Shown: positions 18,788 through 28,865, numbered from the stretch's first letter. The stretch: 61,036 nt of DNA from an uncultured Dehalococcoidales bacterium (GCA_964489895.1 CAZBAN010000003.1:1-61036); one strand, 5' to 3'. Notes: generated by a model not told the origin, from the sequence alone. Numbers and translations are program-made.

Positions 18788-18820
18788 GCCCGGGTACGAT
18801 TGTATCCGGGCTTTTATTTT
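18788..18820 (+). terminator. Intrinsic terminator at the end of the leader
   Basis: GCCCGGGTA/TATCCGGGC stem (one G-U pair), 6-nt loop, then TTTTATTTT. Confidence 0.7.
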
Positions 18821-18836
18821 AACCGGAAACACCAAT

Positions 18837-18865
18837 TTGACAGTGCAGAATGCAGATATTAATAT
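18837..18865 (+). promoter_or_regulatory. Second sigma70-type promoter, immediately upstream of the COG1900 gene
   Basis: TTGACA (18837-18842), 17-nt spacer, TAATAT (18860-18865). RBS AGGAGG at 18870-18875. Confidence 0.45.
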
Positions 18866-18882
18866 CTTTAGGAGGCTGAAAC

Positions 18883-20091
18883 ATGGCTAAAACAGTCGAA
18901 CAGATAAACAAAAAGATAAAAGAAGGCAAGGCAGTAGTAGTTACTGCTGAAGAAATAATTGACCTGGTCAAAGAAAAGGGCGTGAAAAAAGCTGCCAGTG
19001 AAGTAGACGTTGTCACCACCGGTACTTTCAGCCCGATGTGCTCATCGAGTGCTTATTTCAACATCGGACACTCAAATCCTAGAATTAAATTGGCTGGAGG
19101 AAGGACGTATCTCAATGATGTCCCGGCATATACCGGAATGGCGGCAGTAGACCTGCTGATAGGTGCCACCGCCATTCCCGATGACGACCCCAGGAACAGA
19201 GTCCATCCCGGTGAATTCAACTACGGGGGCGGTCACGTTATCGAAGAACTCGTTGCTGGCAAAGACGTCAGGCTGGTGGCAACCGCTCACGGTACCGACT
19301 GCTACCCGCGGAGACGGCTGGAGACCTGGATTAACATCAAAGACCTGAATGAGGCGGTGCTCTTTAACCTCAGGAATGCCTGCCAGAATTACAACGTAGC
19401 CGTGAATCTTTCAGACAAAACTATTTATACCTACATGGGCATTCTAAAACCCCGCCTGGGCAATGCCAATTACTCCAGCGCCGGGCAGCTTTCACCGCTG
19501 TTCAACGATCCCTATTATAAGACAATTGGCATCGGCACCAGGGTATTCCTTGGAGGCGGTACCGGATTCGTTACCTGGCAGGGTACCCAGCACAATCCCG
19601 GAGTGCCCCGTAACGAAAAAGGAGTGCCGAAAAGCGGAGCCGGAACTCTGGCTTTAGTCGGCGACCTTAAGCAGATGAACTCGAAGTGGCTGGTTGGAAT
19701 CAGCATACTCGGTTACGGCTGCTCACTCAGCGTCGGCATCGGCGTACCCATACCGGTTCTTTCTGAAGAAATCCTGGAATACACGGCAATTACCGATGAC
19801 GACATAATAGCCACGATTATCGACTACTCCCAGGCATACCCCAATCTAGAGTCGGATAATCTGGGAGAAGTCACTTACGGGCAGCTCAGGAGCGGGCAGA
19901 TAAAGATACAGAACAAGAACGTGCCCACGGCTTCTCTTTCCAGCTACTCTCGCGCCGTGGAAATCGCAACCATACTGAAAAAGTGGATACAGGACGGCAA
20001 ATTCCTGCTTACGGAACCGGTAGCGCCCATACCCGGCGCAGACTCGGGCGTTACCTTCAAGCCGCTTAAAGAACGTCCGCTGGAGGGATAA
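18883..20091 (+). CDS. COG1900/DUF39 homocysteine biosynthesis protein (aspartate-semialdehyde sulfur-incorporation type)
   Basis: 402 aa. VVTAEE...VDVVTTGTFSPMCSS N-terminal pattern typical of COG1900. Followed by a NIL-ferredoxin gene, as in methanogens. Confidence 0.8.
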   Translation: MAKTVEQINKKIKEGKAVVVTAEEIIDLVKEKGVKKAASEVDVVTTGTFSPMCSSSAYFNIGHSNPRIKLAGGRTYLNDVPAYTGMAAVDLLIGATAIPDDDPRNRVHPGEFNYGGGHVIEELVAGKDVRLVATAHGTDCYPRRRLETWINIKDLNEAVLFNLRNACQNYNVAVNLSDKTIYTYMGILKPRLGNANYSSAGQLSPLFNDPYYKTIGIGTRVFLGGGTGFVTWQGTQHNPGVPRNEKGVPKSGAGTLALVGDLKQMNSKWLVGISILGYGCSLSVGIGVPIPVLSEEILEYTAITDDDIIATIIDYSQAYPNLESDNLGEVTYGQLRSGQIKIQNKNVPTASLSSYSRAVEIATILKKWIQDGKFLLTEPVAPIPGADSGVTFKPLKERPLEG

Positions 20092-20133
20092 AACCTGCCG
20101 GTAACCTTATAATAGCTAAAGGGGGAAAAAGGG

Positions 20134-20544
20134 ATGGCTACTTCAAAAAGGATAGTATTACGTTTCCCGAGGCGGCTGGTAGACCGGCCTATAGTCAGCC
20201 GTCTGGTAAGGGACTATAACCTCGATTTTAATATTCTCAAGGCATCGGTAACGCCTGAAGAGGAAGGCCTTCTGGTACTCGAAATGAGCGGAAAACAGGA
20301 CGATTACGATAAAGGTATCGAGTACCTGACCAAAACAGGCGTACAAATCCAGTCGCTCAGTCAGGACGTGACCCGAAACGAGGAAAGGTGTACTCATTGC
20401 GGGTTATGCGTGACCGTCTGTCCGGCAGGAGCTTTTGAGATGGACACCTCGACAAGGAAGATCAAGTTCCTCGACAAGAAGTGTATTGCCTGCGGGCTGT
20501 GTATCAAGGCATGCCCTCCGAGAGCCATGGAGCTGCATTTTTAA
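20134..20544 (+). CDS. NIL domain plus 2x[4Fe-4S] ferredoxin partner protein
   Basis: 136 aa. NIL-like N-terminal half, then CTHCGLCVTVCP and CIACGLCIKACP motifs. Confidence 0.8.
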   Translation: MATSKRIVLRFPRRLVDRPIVSRLVRDYNLDFNILKASVTPEEEGLLVLEMSGKQDDYDKGIEYLTKTGVQIQSLSQDVTRNEERCTHCGLCVTVCPAGAFEMDTSTRKIKFLDKKCIACGLCIKACPPRAMELHF

Positions 20545-20547
20545 CCG

Positions 20548-21273
20548 ATGTACCAGCCCAGATTATATCGCAGCCGGATTACCGGCAAAGACATGGTCGC
20601 CTTTAGCGTAACGGTTAAAGAGACGGATTTGTATATCCGCGCTCTGAAGAACCTTAAAAGCAAAGCCGGGAAACTGGTTATAAAATACCGCGAGATGCTG
20701 GAGAAATATATCGAGCGTCACCCGCTTTTCCTGACAACGCTCGAACCTTTCTCCCCCGGAGATGACGCTCCCGCGATAGTAAAAGTAATGGCAGACTCAG
20801 CCGCAGAGGCGGGAGTGGGTCCGATGGCGACGGTAGCGGGAGCAATTGCCGAATTCGTCGGCAACGGGCTGCTGGAATTTTCGCCGGAGGTAATCGTTGA
20901 GAACGGTGGCGACGTATTTCTGAAGAGCCTGAAAAATAGAATAGTAAGCATTTACGCCGGAGAGTCCCCCCTCAGCGAGAAAATAGGCCTGGAAATCCAG
21001 CCTGAAGAGACGCCTCTGGGAATCTGCACCTCCTCCGGGACGGTCGGACATTCGCTGAGTTACGGTCAGGCTGATGCTGTGGTGGCTGTATCTAAGTCCA
21101 CCCCGCTGGCTGACGCCGCCGCCACGGCAATAGCCAACCTTATAAGTAAGCCCGATGACATACCGAAAGGCATTGAGTTTGCTGAAAGTATCCGGGGGTT
21201 GAAAGGAACGGTTATAATAAAGGGTGACAGAATGGGAGTATGGGGCGATATAAAAATTAGCCAGACAGGTTAA
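20548..21273 (+). CDS. UPF0280 / COG2122 (ApbE-superfamily) protein
   Basis: 241 aa. Recalled family pattern (KETDLYI..., MATVAGAIAE) and genomic linkage to COG1900 genes. Confidence 0.6.
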   Translation: MYQPRLYRSRITGKDMVAFSVTVKETDLYIRALKNLKSKAGKLVIKYREMLEKYIERHPLFLTTLEPFSPGDDAPAIVKVMADSAAEAGVGPMATVAGAIAEFVGNGLLEFSPEVIVENGGDVFLKSLKNRIVSIYAGESPLSEKIGLEIQPEETPLGICTSSGTVGHSLSYGQADAVVAVSKSTPLADAAATAIANLISKPDDIPKGIEFAESIRGLKGTVIIKGDRMGVWGDIKISQTG

Positions 21274-21298
21274 AAACCGCTGAAAGTGAGCGTGAGTT

Positions 21299-22042
21299 AT
21301 GCTGACTAAAGCTGAACTGGAGAGGTACGACCGGCAGATAATAATGAGGGGGTTCGGTGAGGAAGGACAGGAAAAGCTTAAAAAAGCGAAGGTGGTTATC
21401 GCCGGTTGCGGCGGTCTCGGCTCTCCAATAGCAATATATCTGGCTGCCGCCGGGGTGGGTACTGTAAGGATAATTGACCATGACACAATCGAACTCTCCA
21501 ACCTGAACCGGCAGATTTTACACTGGGATAAGGATATAGGCAGAAATAAAACCGAATCATCCGCCGAAAAGTTGAGCCAGATAAACGGTGAAGTGAAGAT
21601 AGAAACCCTGCGAGAAACGATAGACGAAGGCAACGTATACAGGCTTACGGACGGATTCGACCTGATAATGGACGCAATGGACAACCTGCCGACCCGGTTT
21701 TTACTGAACCAGGCGGCAATCAAACATAACATCCCGTACATTCACGGAGCGGTCCACGGCCTGGAGGGAAGAGCCATGACCATCATCCCCGGTGAAACAG
21801 CCTGCCTGAGATGCATATATCGTGGAAATATCCCGGAAGAAAAATTCCCGGTGGTGGGAGTAGCTCCCGGTGTAATCGGGTGTATCCAGGCGACGGAAGC
21901 TATCAAGTACCTGGTCGGAATAGGCACGCTACTGAAAGACCGGTTGCTTGTCTATGACGGTCTGAATATCAGCTTCATGGAATTATCAGTAAAAAGGAAC
22001 CCGGAATGCGAGCACTGTGGTCACCTCGCAACGAAAGAATAA
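21299..22042 (+). CDS. ThiF/MoeB/HesA-family E1-like adenylyltransferase
   Basis: RYDRQI motif, GCGGLGS nucleotide loop, and zinc-site CxxC pairs (CLRC, CEHC). Confidence 0.85.
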   Translation: MLTKAELERYDRQIIMRGFGEEGQEKLKKAKVVIAGCGGLGSPIAIYLAAAGVGTVRIIDHDTIELSNLNRQILHWDKDIGRNKTESSAEKLSQINGEVKIETLRETIDEGNVYRLTDGFDLIMDAMDNLPTRFLLNQAAIKHNIPYIHGAVHGLEGRAMTIIPGETACLRCIYRGNIPEEKFPVVGVAPGVIGCIQATEAIKYLVGIGTLLKDRLLVYDGLNISFMELSVKRNPECEHCGHLATKE

Positions 22043-22056
22043 AATAAGGAGAATCG

Positions 22057-23184
22057 ATGGAATTTAACCTGACCGAGGGACAGCTGACAATCCAGCGGAT
22101 GGCAAGAGAGTTTTCCAAGCGGGAAATAGAGCCGATAGCGGACAGGCTGGACAGAGAAGGGAGATTGCCCGACGACCTGATAAAAAAGCTTGCCGGTCTG
22201 GGACTGCTGGGGATGACCGTGCCTAAAAAGTACGGCGGTACTGAGGCGGGTCACCTGGACTGCATTCTGGCTATCGAGCAGCTGGCTTACTCGGGAACAG
22301 GAGCCTGGTGGCTGGTTGGGTTCAATAACAGCATCCCGGCATCTATCGTCAGGTTCGGTTCGGAGGAAATAAAGGAGAAGTACCTCAAGCCATTCTGTGA
22401 TGGGACGGCATACGCCAGCATACAATTCACCGAGGAAGAAACGGGGTCGGACGCTACGGTTCTCACCACCACAGCCGTACCGGATGGAGACGGCTACATA
22501 ATAAACGGCATGAAACGTTTCAGCACCTTCGGCGCCCGTGAGGGTTACTCCGTTACCTATACGAAAGACGAAGACGGCAACTGTACCGCTTTCGTTATAA
22601 AGAAATTTGGAAAAGGGTATTCCGCCCCCAAGGTATGGGAACTGACGGGAGGGGGAGGAATAGAAGCGGCAGACGTGTACTTCGAGAACTTCAGGGTGCC
22701 AGCAAGCAACCTGCTGGGTCAGAAAGGCACAGGTTATGATATCCTGCTGTTCTGGATAGCTATGGAGAAGATAGAGCAGTGTGCCGCATCGGTGGGGATA
22801 GCCCGGGCTGCCCTCGATGAAGCGGTTAATTACGCTAAAACAAGAAATAGCCGGGGCAGACCTATCTCTTCGATGCAGGGTATCAGATGGACACTGGCTG
22901 ATATGCAGGCAAAACTTGAAGCCTGCCGCTGGCTGACATATAAAACGGCATTTGCCGGGGACGAGGAATCTCCCGACTGGCAGACGGAAGCGGCAACGGC
23001 AAAGCTGTTCGTGGTGCCTGCCGCAATGGAGATAGTGGAAACGGCAAGACGCCTTCATGGCGCATACGGCTACACTAAAGAAACAAAGATTGAGCGGCTG
23101 TCACGGGCTATCGCCGGATTCCCTTCCATTGCAGTCAGCCTTGAAATCAACAGGTCGATAACCGGAAGTTCACTGGTGAATTAA
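22057..23184 (+). CDS. Acyl-CoA dehydrogenase
   Basis: 375 aa with typical ACAD N-terminal, middle and C-terminal pattern (GLLGMTVPKKYGG, FTEEETGSD, YGYTKE). Confidence 0.88.
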   Translation: MEFNLTEGQLTIQRMAREFSKREIEPIADRLDREGRLPDDLIKKLAGLGLLGMTVPKKYGGTEAGHLDCILAIEQLAYSGTGAWWLVGFNNSIPASIVRFGSEEIKEKYLKPFCDGTAYASIQFTEEETGSDATVLTTTAVPDGDGYIINGMKRFSTFGAREGYSVTYTKDEDGNCTAFVIKKFGKGYSAPKVWELTGGGGIEAADVYFENFRVPASNLLGQKGTGYDILLFWIAMEKIEQCAASVGIARAALDEAVNYAKTRNSRGRPISSMQGIRWTLADMQAKLEACRWLTYKTAFAGDEESPDWQTEAATAKLFVVPAAMEIVETARRLHGAYGYTKETKIERLSRAIAGFPSIAVSLEINRSITGSSLVN

Positions 23185-23233
23185 TTTTAGATAATAAACC
23201 GAAATAGAACGATACCGAAAAATTCTGGGTGAG

Positions 23234-23263
23234 TTGAAGAATAACCTTAACATAAGCTATAAT
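23234..23263 (+). promoter_or_regulatory. Sigma70-type promoter upstream of aspS
   Basis: TTGAAG (23234-23239), 18-nt spacer, TATAAT (23258-23263). Confidence 0.45.
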
Positions 23264-23305
23264 CGCTATTAGAGAAGCCTGGATTATTCTTTCGGGAGAT
23301 GATGC

Positions 23306-25102
23306 TTGCTTAAGACCCACAGCTGTGGTGAACTGAACAGTAAACATGTTGGTAAGAGTGTGACTCTTGCCGGCTGGGTAGACCGCCGTCGCGACCACGG
23401 AGGGCTGACATTTATTGACCTACGTGATAGTAAGGGCATAGTCCAGGTGGTATTCAATCCGGAGACATCAAAAGAGTGTCACGCGGTAGCCAGCGAGATG
23501 CGTAACGAATACGTGATCGGTGTTGAAGGAGAGGTGAACTTAAGACCAAAAGGGACTGAGAATCCAAAGCTATCTACCGGTGAGATTGAAGTAATCGCTA
23601 GAAGTGCGACTATATTCAATCCCGCAGTAACACCGCCTTTTTATATCAATGAAGATACTGACGTGGATGAAAACCTCCGTCTCAAGTACCGCTATCTCGA
23701 TATGAGGCGGGAGCGCATGCATGAGAACCTTGTACTCCGTCACAGGGTGATTAAATATATCCGTGATTTCCTGGACAAGAAGGGGTTTATCGAGGTGGAG
23801 ACACCTATCCTGATAAAAAGCACTCCTGAGGGCGCGCGGGACTACCTTGTCCCCAGCCGTATCCATCCGGGCGAGTTCTACGCATTACCTCAGTCGCCTC
23901 AGCAGATAAAACAACTGCTGATGGTTGCAGGTGTGGAGAAATACTTCCAGATAGCAAGGTGTTTCCGTGATGAGGACAATCGCGCCGACCGCCAGCCCGA
24001 GCATACCCAGCTCGATCTGGAGATGAGTTTCGTCGAAGAGGAAGACATACTTAGCCTGATTGAGGAACTCTTTACATCCATGATAGAAACGATTAAACCC
24101 GAACTTAAGGTGATAAAACCCTTCCCGCGCTTGAGTTATGCCGAGGCAATGGCTAGGTACGGCACGGACCATTTCGATTTGCGGTTCGGTTTAGAGCTTG
24201 GTGATATCTCCGATATAGCCGCCGGGACGGAATTTTCCGTCTTCCTATCTGCTGTCGGCGAAGGCGGGATAGTTAAAGGTATCTGTGCTCCCGGTTGTGC
24301 CGGATACACCCGGGGTCAGCTTGACGAGCTTAACAGGATGGTGAAGACTCTGGGTGCTCCCGGACTGTTGACGATAGCGCTGGATGCTTCCCTTAGCAGA
24401 CTGGACGATTTGAAAATAGAGAAGGTGAAATCGGTAGCCTCACGCTATTTAACCGTGGAGCAGGTGAAAGAAATAGCAGGTTGTCTGGGCGCCGGACCAG
24501 GAGACCTTATGCTTGTTGTTGCCGGTAAACCGGGACTGGTCAATCTGGCTTTGAGCAGGCTGCGTGAGGAGATGGGTAATCGCCTGGGCCTTATTGATAG
24601 TAAGCTGCTTGGTTTTGCTTTCGTGGTGGATTTCCCCCTGTTTGAGCGTGACGGGGATACAGGACAGCTGGGACCGATGCACCATCCGTTTACCGCTCCC
24701 AGAGAAGAGGATATACGTTTACTGGACGAGGCGCCGGATGAGGTAAGGGGCAGACAGTATGATGTTGTCTGTAACGGTTACGAGTTAGCCAGTGGCAGTA
24801 TCAGAATTCATGACAGAGAGATTCAAAACAAGATATTCAGATTGCTGGGTTACCGGGATGAGGAGATTATGGAGCGTTTCGGGCACCTGTTGAAGGCTTT
24901 TGAATACGGAGCTCCTCCGCATGGCGGAATAGCCCCCGGCATTGACCGTCTCGTGATGCTGATGGCAGGCGAGGAAAATATCAGGGAAGTGATAGCTTTC
25001 CCCAAGAACCAGGCGGCTATGGACCTGACGATGGATGCCCCGTCACCGGTTACCGAAGAACAGCTGGCTGAACTGCATCTGAGGCTGCGGGAGGAAGAAT
25101 GA
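23306..25102 (+). CDS. aspS: Aspartate--tRNA ligase
   Basis: 598 aa, TTG start. OB-fold N-terminus, class II motifs (FRDED, GGIAPGIDR), and the bacterial insertion domain. Confidence 0.95.
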   Translation: MLKTHSCGELNSKHVGKSVTLAGWVDRRRDHGGLTFIDLRDSKGIVQVVFNPETSKECHAVASEMRNEYVIGVEGEVNLRPKGTENPKLSTGEIEVIARSATIFNPAVTPPFYINEDTDVDENLRLKYRYLDMRRERMHENLVLRHRVIKYIRDFLDKKGFIEVETPILIKSTPEGARDYLVPSRIHPGEFYALPQSPQQIKQLLMVAGVEKYFQIARCFRDEDNRADRQPEHTQLDLEMSFVEEEDILSLIEELFTSMIETIKPELKVIKPFPRLSYAEAMARYGTDHFDLRFGLELGDISDIAAGTEFSVFLSAVGEGGIVKGICAPGCAGYTRGQLDELNRMVKTLGAPGLLTIALDASLSRLDDLKIEKVKSVASRYLTVEQVKEIAGCLGAGPGDLMLVVAGKPGLVNLALSRLREEMGNRLGLIDSKLLGFAFVVDFPLFERDGDTGQLGPMHHPFTAPREEDIRLLDEAPDEVRGRQYDVVCNGYELASGSIRIHDREIQNKIFRLLGYRDEEIMERFGHLLKAFEYGAPPHGGIAPGIDRLVMLMAGEENIREVIAFPKNQAAMDLTMDAPSPVTEEQLAELHLRLREEE

Positions 25103-26421
25103 AAGTAACCAATGACAAGACCGAAAACAGCCAGGCGTTCCTGACTATCGAGATGGAACCGGAGGAAGTCGAGGAGTCGATGCAGGGAGCTTACAGGCGT
25201 CTGGTAAGGAAAACCAGGGTTCCCGGATTCCGTAAGGGGAAGACCCCGCGTAATATATTCGAACGCTATATCGGAAAAGAGACTCTTATGGAAGAGGCAC
25301 TAAACGACCTGCTGCCGGAGGTGTATAAGAAGGCAATCGAGGAGCAGGAAATCGAGGCGATTGCCCAGCCGCAGCTTGAGATTACCCAGACGGAGCCGTT
25401 GATACTAAAGGCGACAGTACCTTTGAAACCCACCGTTGAGCTCGGTGATTATAAAAGCATCAGGGTGAAGCGGGAAACAATCGAGGTAACGGAAGAAAAG
25501 GTTGACGAGGTTATTGAACAGCTTCGCCACCAGCATGCCACCTGGGAACCCACAGAGCGTTCCGTGGAGCTCAACGACCTGGTAGTCCTGGATGTTGAAG
25601 GCAGGGTTGAGGACAACAATTTCCTCAACCAGAAGGGAGTGCAATACCAGGTCATTGCCGGTCAGTCATTACCTGCAACCGGATTTGCCGAACAGCTGGT
25701 GGGAATGAACAGCAATGAGGAGAAAGAATTCACTCTGAAATACCCTGATGACTACTCTGAAGCAGATTTGGCGGGGAAGGACGCCTCTTTCAAGGTGAAA
25801 ATATCCGGGATAAAGCAGGAGATAATGCCTGAGATAAACGATGAGTTAGCTAAAACGGTTGGAGCAGAGTTTGAAACCATGACTGCTCTCCGTGAGCGTG
25901 CGTTTTCTGATATGAAAACACGGGCGGAAGAGCAGACCAGGATAAATTTCGAGGAGGAGCTGGTTCACGCAGTGGCGGACGTGTCGGTGGTCGAATTTCC
26001 CCCGATTTTCGTGGAAACTGAAATCAACCGGATACTGAACCGGCGCTTCCAGTCGAGCAGCCAGTCGCTGGAAGACTACCTGGCGACGATAAACAAAACA
26101 GAAGAAGAGTTACGCGAAGAACTGCGACCGTCGGCTGAACGCAGTGTTATCCATTCGCTGGTCCTCGGTAAACTTGCCGAGGTTGAAGAGATTAAGGTCA
26201 GCGATGAAGAGGTGGACGCCGAGATTGAAAACATGATAAAGGACACAACCGAGAAAAAAGATGAACTCAAGAAAGTATTGAACGACCCGCAGATTCGTGA
26301 ATCAATTACACAGAGTATGATTACCAGAAAGACCATGGAGAAACTCACGGAATATGCCGGTGTTCAGGAAAAAACAAAGAAACAAAAAACCAGGAGAAAG
26401 AAAAAGGAGGAAGGGAAATGA
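25099..26421 (+). CDS. tig: Trigger factor
   Basis: 440 aa. GFRKGK ribosome-binding motif. ATGA overlap with aspS. Confidence 0.92.
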   Translation: MKVTNDKTENSQAFLTIEMEPEEVEESMQGAYRRLVRKTRVPGFRKGKTPRNIFERYIGKETLMEEALNDLLPEVYKKAIEEQEIEAIAQPQLEITQTEPLILKATVPLKPTVELGDYKSIRVKRETIEVTEEKVDEVIEQLRHQHATWEPTERSVELNDLVVLDVEGRVEDNNFLNQKGVQYQVIAGQSLPATGFAEQLVGMNSNEEKEFTLKYPDDYSEADLAGKDASFKVKISGIKQEIMPEINDELAKTVGAEFETMTALRERAFSDMKTRAEEQTRINFEEELVHAVADVSVVEFPPIFVETEINRILNRRFQSSSQSLEDYLATINKTEEELREELRPSAERSVIHSLVLGKLAEVEEIKVSDEEVDAEIENMIKDTTEKKDELKKVLNDPQIRESITQSMITRKTMEKLTEYAGVQEKTKKQKTRRKKKEEGK

Positions 26422-27032
26422 ACGAAAATCCAATAAATATTATCCCCGGAGTGGTTGAAAGCGGCCCGAGAGGTGAAAGGTTCTGGGATATATACTCGTT
26501 ACTCCTCAAAGAACGAATCATAATGCTGTTCACGCCGATTTCCGACCCGGTGGCGAATACCATCATAGCCCAGCTTCTATACCTGGAGCGCGAGGACCCG
26601 GATAAAGATATCAGCATGTATATCCAGAGTCCCGGTGGGGTTATCAGCTCTGGGCTTGCCATTTACGATACCATGCAGTTTATCCGCCCCGACGTATCCA
26701 CGATTTGCGTGGGGATGACAGCCAGCATGGCGACCGTGCTGCTCTGTGCCGGTGCCAAGGGCAAGCGTTACGCCCTGCCCAACTCGACGATTCATATGCA
26801 CCAGGCGAGCGGTGGCGCCCAGGGACAGGCTTCCGATATACAGATAGCCGCCCGCGAGATTGCCCGGCAGCAGGACATAATCAAGGATATTATTATCAAG
26901 CATACCGGCCAGGATGCGGAAAAGGTCACCCATGATATAGACCGTGACTTCTATCTCAATCCTCTGCAGGCGGTAGAATACGGGATTGTTGACGAAGTCC
27001 TGAACAAGACGCAAGAAGAAGCCAAAAAGTAG
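26418..27032 (+). CDS. clpP: ATP-dependent Clp protease proteolytic subunit
   Basis: 204 aa. The catalytic Ser (GMTASMA) and His (IHMHQ) contexts are conserved. Confidence 0.95.
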   Translation: MNENPINIIPGVVESGPRGERFWDIYSLLLKERIIMLFTPISDPVANTIIAQLLYLEREDPDKDISMYIQSPGGVISSGLAIYDTMQFIRPDVSTICVGMTASMATVLLCAGAKGKRYALPNSTIHMHQASGGAQGQASDIQIAAREIARQQDIIKDIIIKHTGQDAEKVTHDIDRDFYLNPLQAVEYGIVDEVLNKTQEEAKK

Positions 27033-27073
27033 TCCCGACTTCCTGCTGCTGCGTGTGTGGTATAATTTAGTTG

Positions 27074-27547
27074 ATGGGGATAAAGACGATAACCACCAAC
27101 CGAAAAGCGTACCACAACTACCACATACAGGATAACGTGGAAGCGGGAATTGCACTGACCGGCACGGAGATAAAGTCGATACGAGCCGGTAAGACCAGCC
27201 TGTCTGATGCCTATGTCAGGCCTGAAAACGGCGAACTGTGGCTTCTGAACGCTCATATTGCCCGTTACGATGCCGCCAGCTATATGAGCCACGAGCCTAC
27301 GAGACCGAGAAAACTGCTTTTACATCGCAGAGAGATTGCAGAATTAGCCGGCAAGGTGGCGGAAAAAGGACTGACACTGGTCCCGCTCAGAATATACCTC
27401 AAGGATGGTATCGCCAAGGTCGAGATTGCCCTGGCGAGGGGCAAGAGGTTATATGACAAGCGTGAGTCCATAGCCCGTCGTGACGCAGAAAGAGAGATGG
27501 ACCGGGCTGTAAAAAGGAGGAAGCAGAAGGGCAAGGTTTACAATTAA
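27074..27547 (+). CDS. smpB: SsrA-binding protein
   Basis: About 157 aa. NRKAYHNY N-terminus and a basic C-terminal tail. ssrA follows immediately. Confidence 0.92.
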   Translation: MGIKTITTNRKAYHNYHIQDNVEAGIALTGTEIKSIRAGKTSLSDAYVRPENGELWLLNAHIARYDAASYMSHEPTRPRKLLLHRREIAELAGKVAEKGLTLVPLRIYLKDGIAKVEIALARGKRLYDKRESIARRDAEREMDRAVKRRKQKGKVYN

Positions 27548-27564
27548 CATAACATTACCTCACT

Positions 27565-27919
27565 GGGGGCGCGCGGGTTCGACAGGGGAGGTATGCTACA
27601 GGATTGCAGGCTGAGGTGCCGCTAACCTCATAAAACAAGTGGCAAAAATAACTGGCGAAGAACCAGTATTAGTTGCCGCCTAATTAATTAGGCGGCACAT
27701 CCAACCTGACCTCACCCCGGCGGGTCAGGATTGGGTGACGTTCAGTCGGGGTGCCACCGCTCCGATGTCGATAAGAGTGGTGAAAGAAAAATCGGCTGGT
27801 CTGGCCGGACTCGGTCGGCAGAGGCCGGCATAGACGAGACTAAAGAGCCGGCTAAGCCTGTAGTATATTCTGGGTAGCCTCTTTTGGACGGGGAGTTCGA
27901 CTCTCCCCCGCCTCCACCA
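27565..27919 (+). ncRNA. ssrA: Transfer-messenger RNA
   Basis: The 5' GGGGGCG pairs with the 3' CGCCUCC-ACCA, with a G3-U pair. GGUUCGAC lies near the 5' end and the T-arm GGAGUUCGACUCUCCCC near the 3' end. The tag frame GGC..GCC GCC TAA (27654-27683) encodes GEEPVLVAA. The stop codon sits in a GCCGCCUAA/UUAGGCGGC hairpin. Confidence 0.9.
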
Positions 27920-27920
27920 G
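27892..27920 (+). repeat. Direct repeat copy 1 (genuine ssrA 3' end; attL-like)
   Basis: GGAGTTCGACTCTCCCCCGCCTCCACCAG matches 30662-30690 at 26 of 29 positions. Confidence 0.6.
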
Positions 27921-28098
27921 GAAGTTGAAAAGGGCTTCGGTGAAAACGGGAGTCTTTTTTAAATATTTATGTTTTCTTGTTTCTAATTCTTGTACTGACT
28001 TTCCGTTTAGTTTATAATCGCTATGCTTTTTTCTGCATTGATCAAACATCCGAACTTGATAAATGATATCGAATAATAAAGTAAAAGGAAGGAAATAA

Positions 28099-28566
28099 AT
28101 GGGAGAGTCAAAATTTGAACAGTACATTGTAAGAGACCTGTGGCATAAGTCATATCCTGAAGACTTCCATGCCGAGGTGACAAAACCGGTTCTGGGTATG
28201 AGGATTGATAAGATGCCAGGTTCCACCTATTTGCCCTTCGCGTTGTCCTGGGTGCCGATCACAGAAGCCTTTTTAATGGCGCCGGAACCTCATGTACACG
28301 ACTGGGATGAGTTTCTCATGTTCATCGGCGGAGATACTACCAACCTGTTAGACCTGGGGGGTGAAGTCGAATTTTCTTTGGGTGATGATCCAGACAACAT
28401 GGAAAAGTTTGTCTTCACAACACCCACGGTCGTTCATCTTACAAAAGGATTATGGCATTGCCCGCTCAATTTCAAGAGAGTAGATGATCCTGCCAAGCCT
28501 GTACTTTTCACGAACCTGATGTTTACAACTGATTACACGATGAAAAGAGCAAAAGACGTAAAATAA
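28099..28566 (+). CDS. Metal-binding cupin-fold protein (paralog of 44361-44855)
   Basis: Cupin motif 1 HVHDWDEFLMFIGG (HxHx3Ex6G) and motif 2 GLWHCPLN (Gx2Hx3N). RBS AAGGAAGG upstream. Confidence 0.6.
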   Translation: MGESKFEQYIVRDLWHKSYPEDFHAEVTKPVLGMRIDKMPGSTYLPFALSWVPITEAFLMAPEPHVHDWDEFLMFIGGDTTNLLDLGGEVEFSLGDDPDNMEKFVFTTPTVVHLTKGLWHCPLNFKRVDDPAKPVLFTNLMFTTDYTMKRAKDVK

Positions 28567-28865
28567 AAAGTACATGGTGTCCGGTCGGCTAAATCTCCTG
28601 GACTTAATCAGAATCGCCAGGATGATACCTGGCCCTGGACTAGACTAAACAAAACCAAGCATTGTTTCAGGTGGATATTGGAGGAGCAGATTCGTACTAT
28701 GCCGATTATGACTTAACAGGGCTACCGTTATTTGGGGGCAGTATAATTATTCAGTGATTAGCTTTTACCTCCCGAAATCGTAGGGAGTGAATATTATGAA
28801 TGAGAGGGTACCATAAACTACCGAAAATCCGACGTTTACAGTACCCTTTATTATCAGGAGGGAAT

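Noticed and set aside
20797-23058. Long minus-strand ORFs of 314 aa and 345 aa.
   Set aside because: They are antisense shadows of the UPF0280, ThiF-like and acyl-CoA dehydrogenase genes. No family signatures are present.
27852-28226. A 124-aa minus-strand ORF next to ssrA that might be an integrase remnant.
   Set aside because: It overlaps the tmRNA 3' end and the start of the cupin gene. I could see no tyrosine-recombinase motifs (R..HxxR..Y). I treat it as spurious, so no intact mobile element is called.
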